Below are positions 4,668 through 5,724 of a stretch of 5,724 bases of DNA, one piece after another (within the stretch, counting starts at the first letter, position 1; each line of letters starts with the position of its first letter). The notes below the pieces were generated by a model. It searched no databases, was not told the DNA's origin, and was given only the letters and a program-made list of their open reading frames with translations. Made by a program: the position numbers and the translations under genes. The DNA comes from Thermincola sp. (GTDB taxonomy: Bacteria; Bacillota; Thermincolia; Thermincolales; UBA2595). Location: the NCBI GenBank assembly GCA_032027005.1, contig JAVSMW010000006.1, forward strand, positions 137,544 through 143,267, read 5' to 3'.

Positions 4668-5724
4668 CCTTTCGCGATTTTTTGTTGAATTTTCTCCGGA
4701 GTAATAGGCAGAGAATCGAATTTGACTTTCAAAGCGTTGTGTACGGCGTTGGCCACTGCTTCCACTGCCGCAATACTCACTGTCATACCCGCTTCTTTCG
4801 CCCCGAAAGGCCCCGCCGGGTCTTGAGATTCTATGATAATTGATTCAACCGGAGGCATTTCACCGGCAAGACATGATTTATAATCCAAAAATCCCGCATT
4901 CAGAACCCGTCCGTCTTTCCAAATCAATTCCTCGGATAAAGCCTGCCCAATCCCAAAGGCTACCGAACCCTCAAATTGACCCTCTACAGCCTTAGGGTTT
5001 ATGGCATGGCCACAATCATGAGCAGCTGTAACATTCAAAACTTTAACATGATATGTCACCGGATCCACTTCCACCTCAGCAACTGCAGCTCCATAGCTAT
5101 ATGCGCCGGTAGGCTGGCCGTCGATTTTGCCATTCATCCAGTTAACTGGGGTGACATCACTGGGGCGCCATTCCCCTTGGCCAATAACCTGCGTCCCGGC
5201 AACTAAACCAGCTATCAGAACTTCTTTGATCCCAATAGACTGTTCTGGTTTACCCTTGATAAATATCCGCCGGTTAGCAATATCAAGTTCCTGGGCATCT
5301 ACTTTTAATTTTTTTGCCGCTGTCGTCAAAATCTGATTACGGGCATCTTGGGCTGCCCTTAGAACAGCATTACCCGAAATGTAAGCTGTACTCATGGTAT
5401 AGGTCCCCGGATCAGAAGGAGTCAGGTCGGTGTCACCACAGGTTAGACTAAAATCCTCCATGGGTAGTCCCAGGGTTTCCGCAGCGATTTGGGTATGCAT
5501 GGTTTTATTGCCCTGGCCATTTTCGATAGAACCGGTTAAAATGTTGGCTTTGCCATCTTCGTTAAATTTGATAATAGCTCCCGATTTGGAACGAACCCCC
5601 AGGTCAAAGCCGCAAATATGGATTCCGGCACCTACACCGATGCCCCTATATGGTTGTGGGGTTGATTGCCTTTTTTCTTTCCAGCCCGACTTTTCGCCGA
5701 CTTTTTCGAGAGACTCACTAAAGC
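4661..5724 (-). CDS. Molybdopterin-binding catalytic subunit of a molybdenum hydroxylase (xanthine dehydrogenase family), partial; N-terminus lies beyond the window
   Basis: Motifs ILTGSIENGQGNKTMHTQIAAETLGL, HDCGHAINPKAVEGQFEGSVAFGIGQALSEEL, LDYKS and GPFGAKEAG. Translating upstream of the track's Met at 5500 gives an open frame to the edge: FSESLEKVGEKSGWKEKRQSTPQPYRGIGVGAGIHICGFDLGVRSKSGAIIKFNEDGKANILTGSIENGQGNKT. The Met at 5500 is therefore internal. Confidence 0.93.
   Translation of the reverse strand, partial: FSESLEKVGEKSGWKEKRQSTPQPYRGIGVGAGIHICGFDLGVRSKSGAIIKFNEDGKANILTGSIENGQGNKTMHTQIAAETLGLPMEDFSLTCGDTDLTPSDPGTYTMSTAYISGNAVLRAAQDARNQILTTAAKKLKVDAQELDIANRRIFIKGKPEQSIGIKEVLIAGLVAGTQVIGQGEWRPSDVTPVNWMNGKIDGQPTGAYSYGAAVAEVEVDPVTYHVKVLNVTAAHDCGHAINPKAVEGQFEGSVAFGIGQALSEELIWKDGRVLNAGFLDYKSCLAGEMPPVESIIIESQDPAGPFGAKEAGMTVSIAAVEAVANAVHNALKVKFDSLPITPEKIQQKIAKGW

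Noticed and set aside
4447-5336. Plus-strand ORFs 4447..4638, 4976..5206 and 5127..5336
   Set aside because: Antisense to the FAD and Mo subunits; short and without recognisable motifs.
4661-5500. Treating the Mo subunit as a complete 279-aa protein
   Set aside because: The frame is open and homologous upstream of 5500 to the window edge, so the track start is an artefact of requiring an in-window start codon.

Overview
Conventional chromosomal-looking window, probably from an anaerobic Gram-positive (Peptococcaceae-like) bacterium; the taxonomy is inferred only from gene style. Four genes are supported. (1) A DUF1015 family protein, minus strand, 156..1451. (2) A NodB-type polysaccharide deacetylase with an N-terminal signal or lipoprotein-like segment, plus strand, 2138..3037. 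(3-5) A minus-strand cluster encoding a molybdenum hydroxylase of the xanthine dehydrogenase / 4-hydroxybenzoyl-CoA reductase family, in the order catalytic Mo subunit (truncated at the window's right edge) - FAD subunit - [2Fe-2S] subunit. The ORF track starts the Mo subunit at 5500, but the frame is open and clearly homologous up to the window edge. Points most worth a second look: the FAD subunit carries a Cys-rich insertion resembling the extra [4Fe-4S] loop of 4-hydroxybenzoyl-CoA reductase beta; the Mo subunit has Met where the family's catalytic Glu is expected; the [2Fe-2S] gene has an anomalous start, with a well-spaced ATG that is out of frame across an A6 tract; and the 670-bp intergenic region contains two different inverted-repeat structures. 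I found no convincing CRISPR array, mobile element ORF, tRNA/rRNA or clearly new defence-type system.
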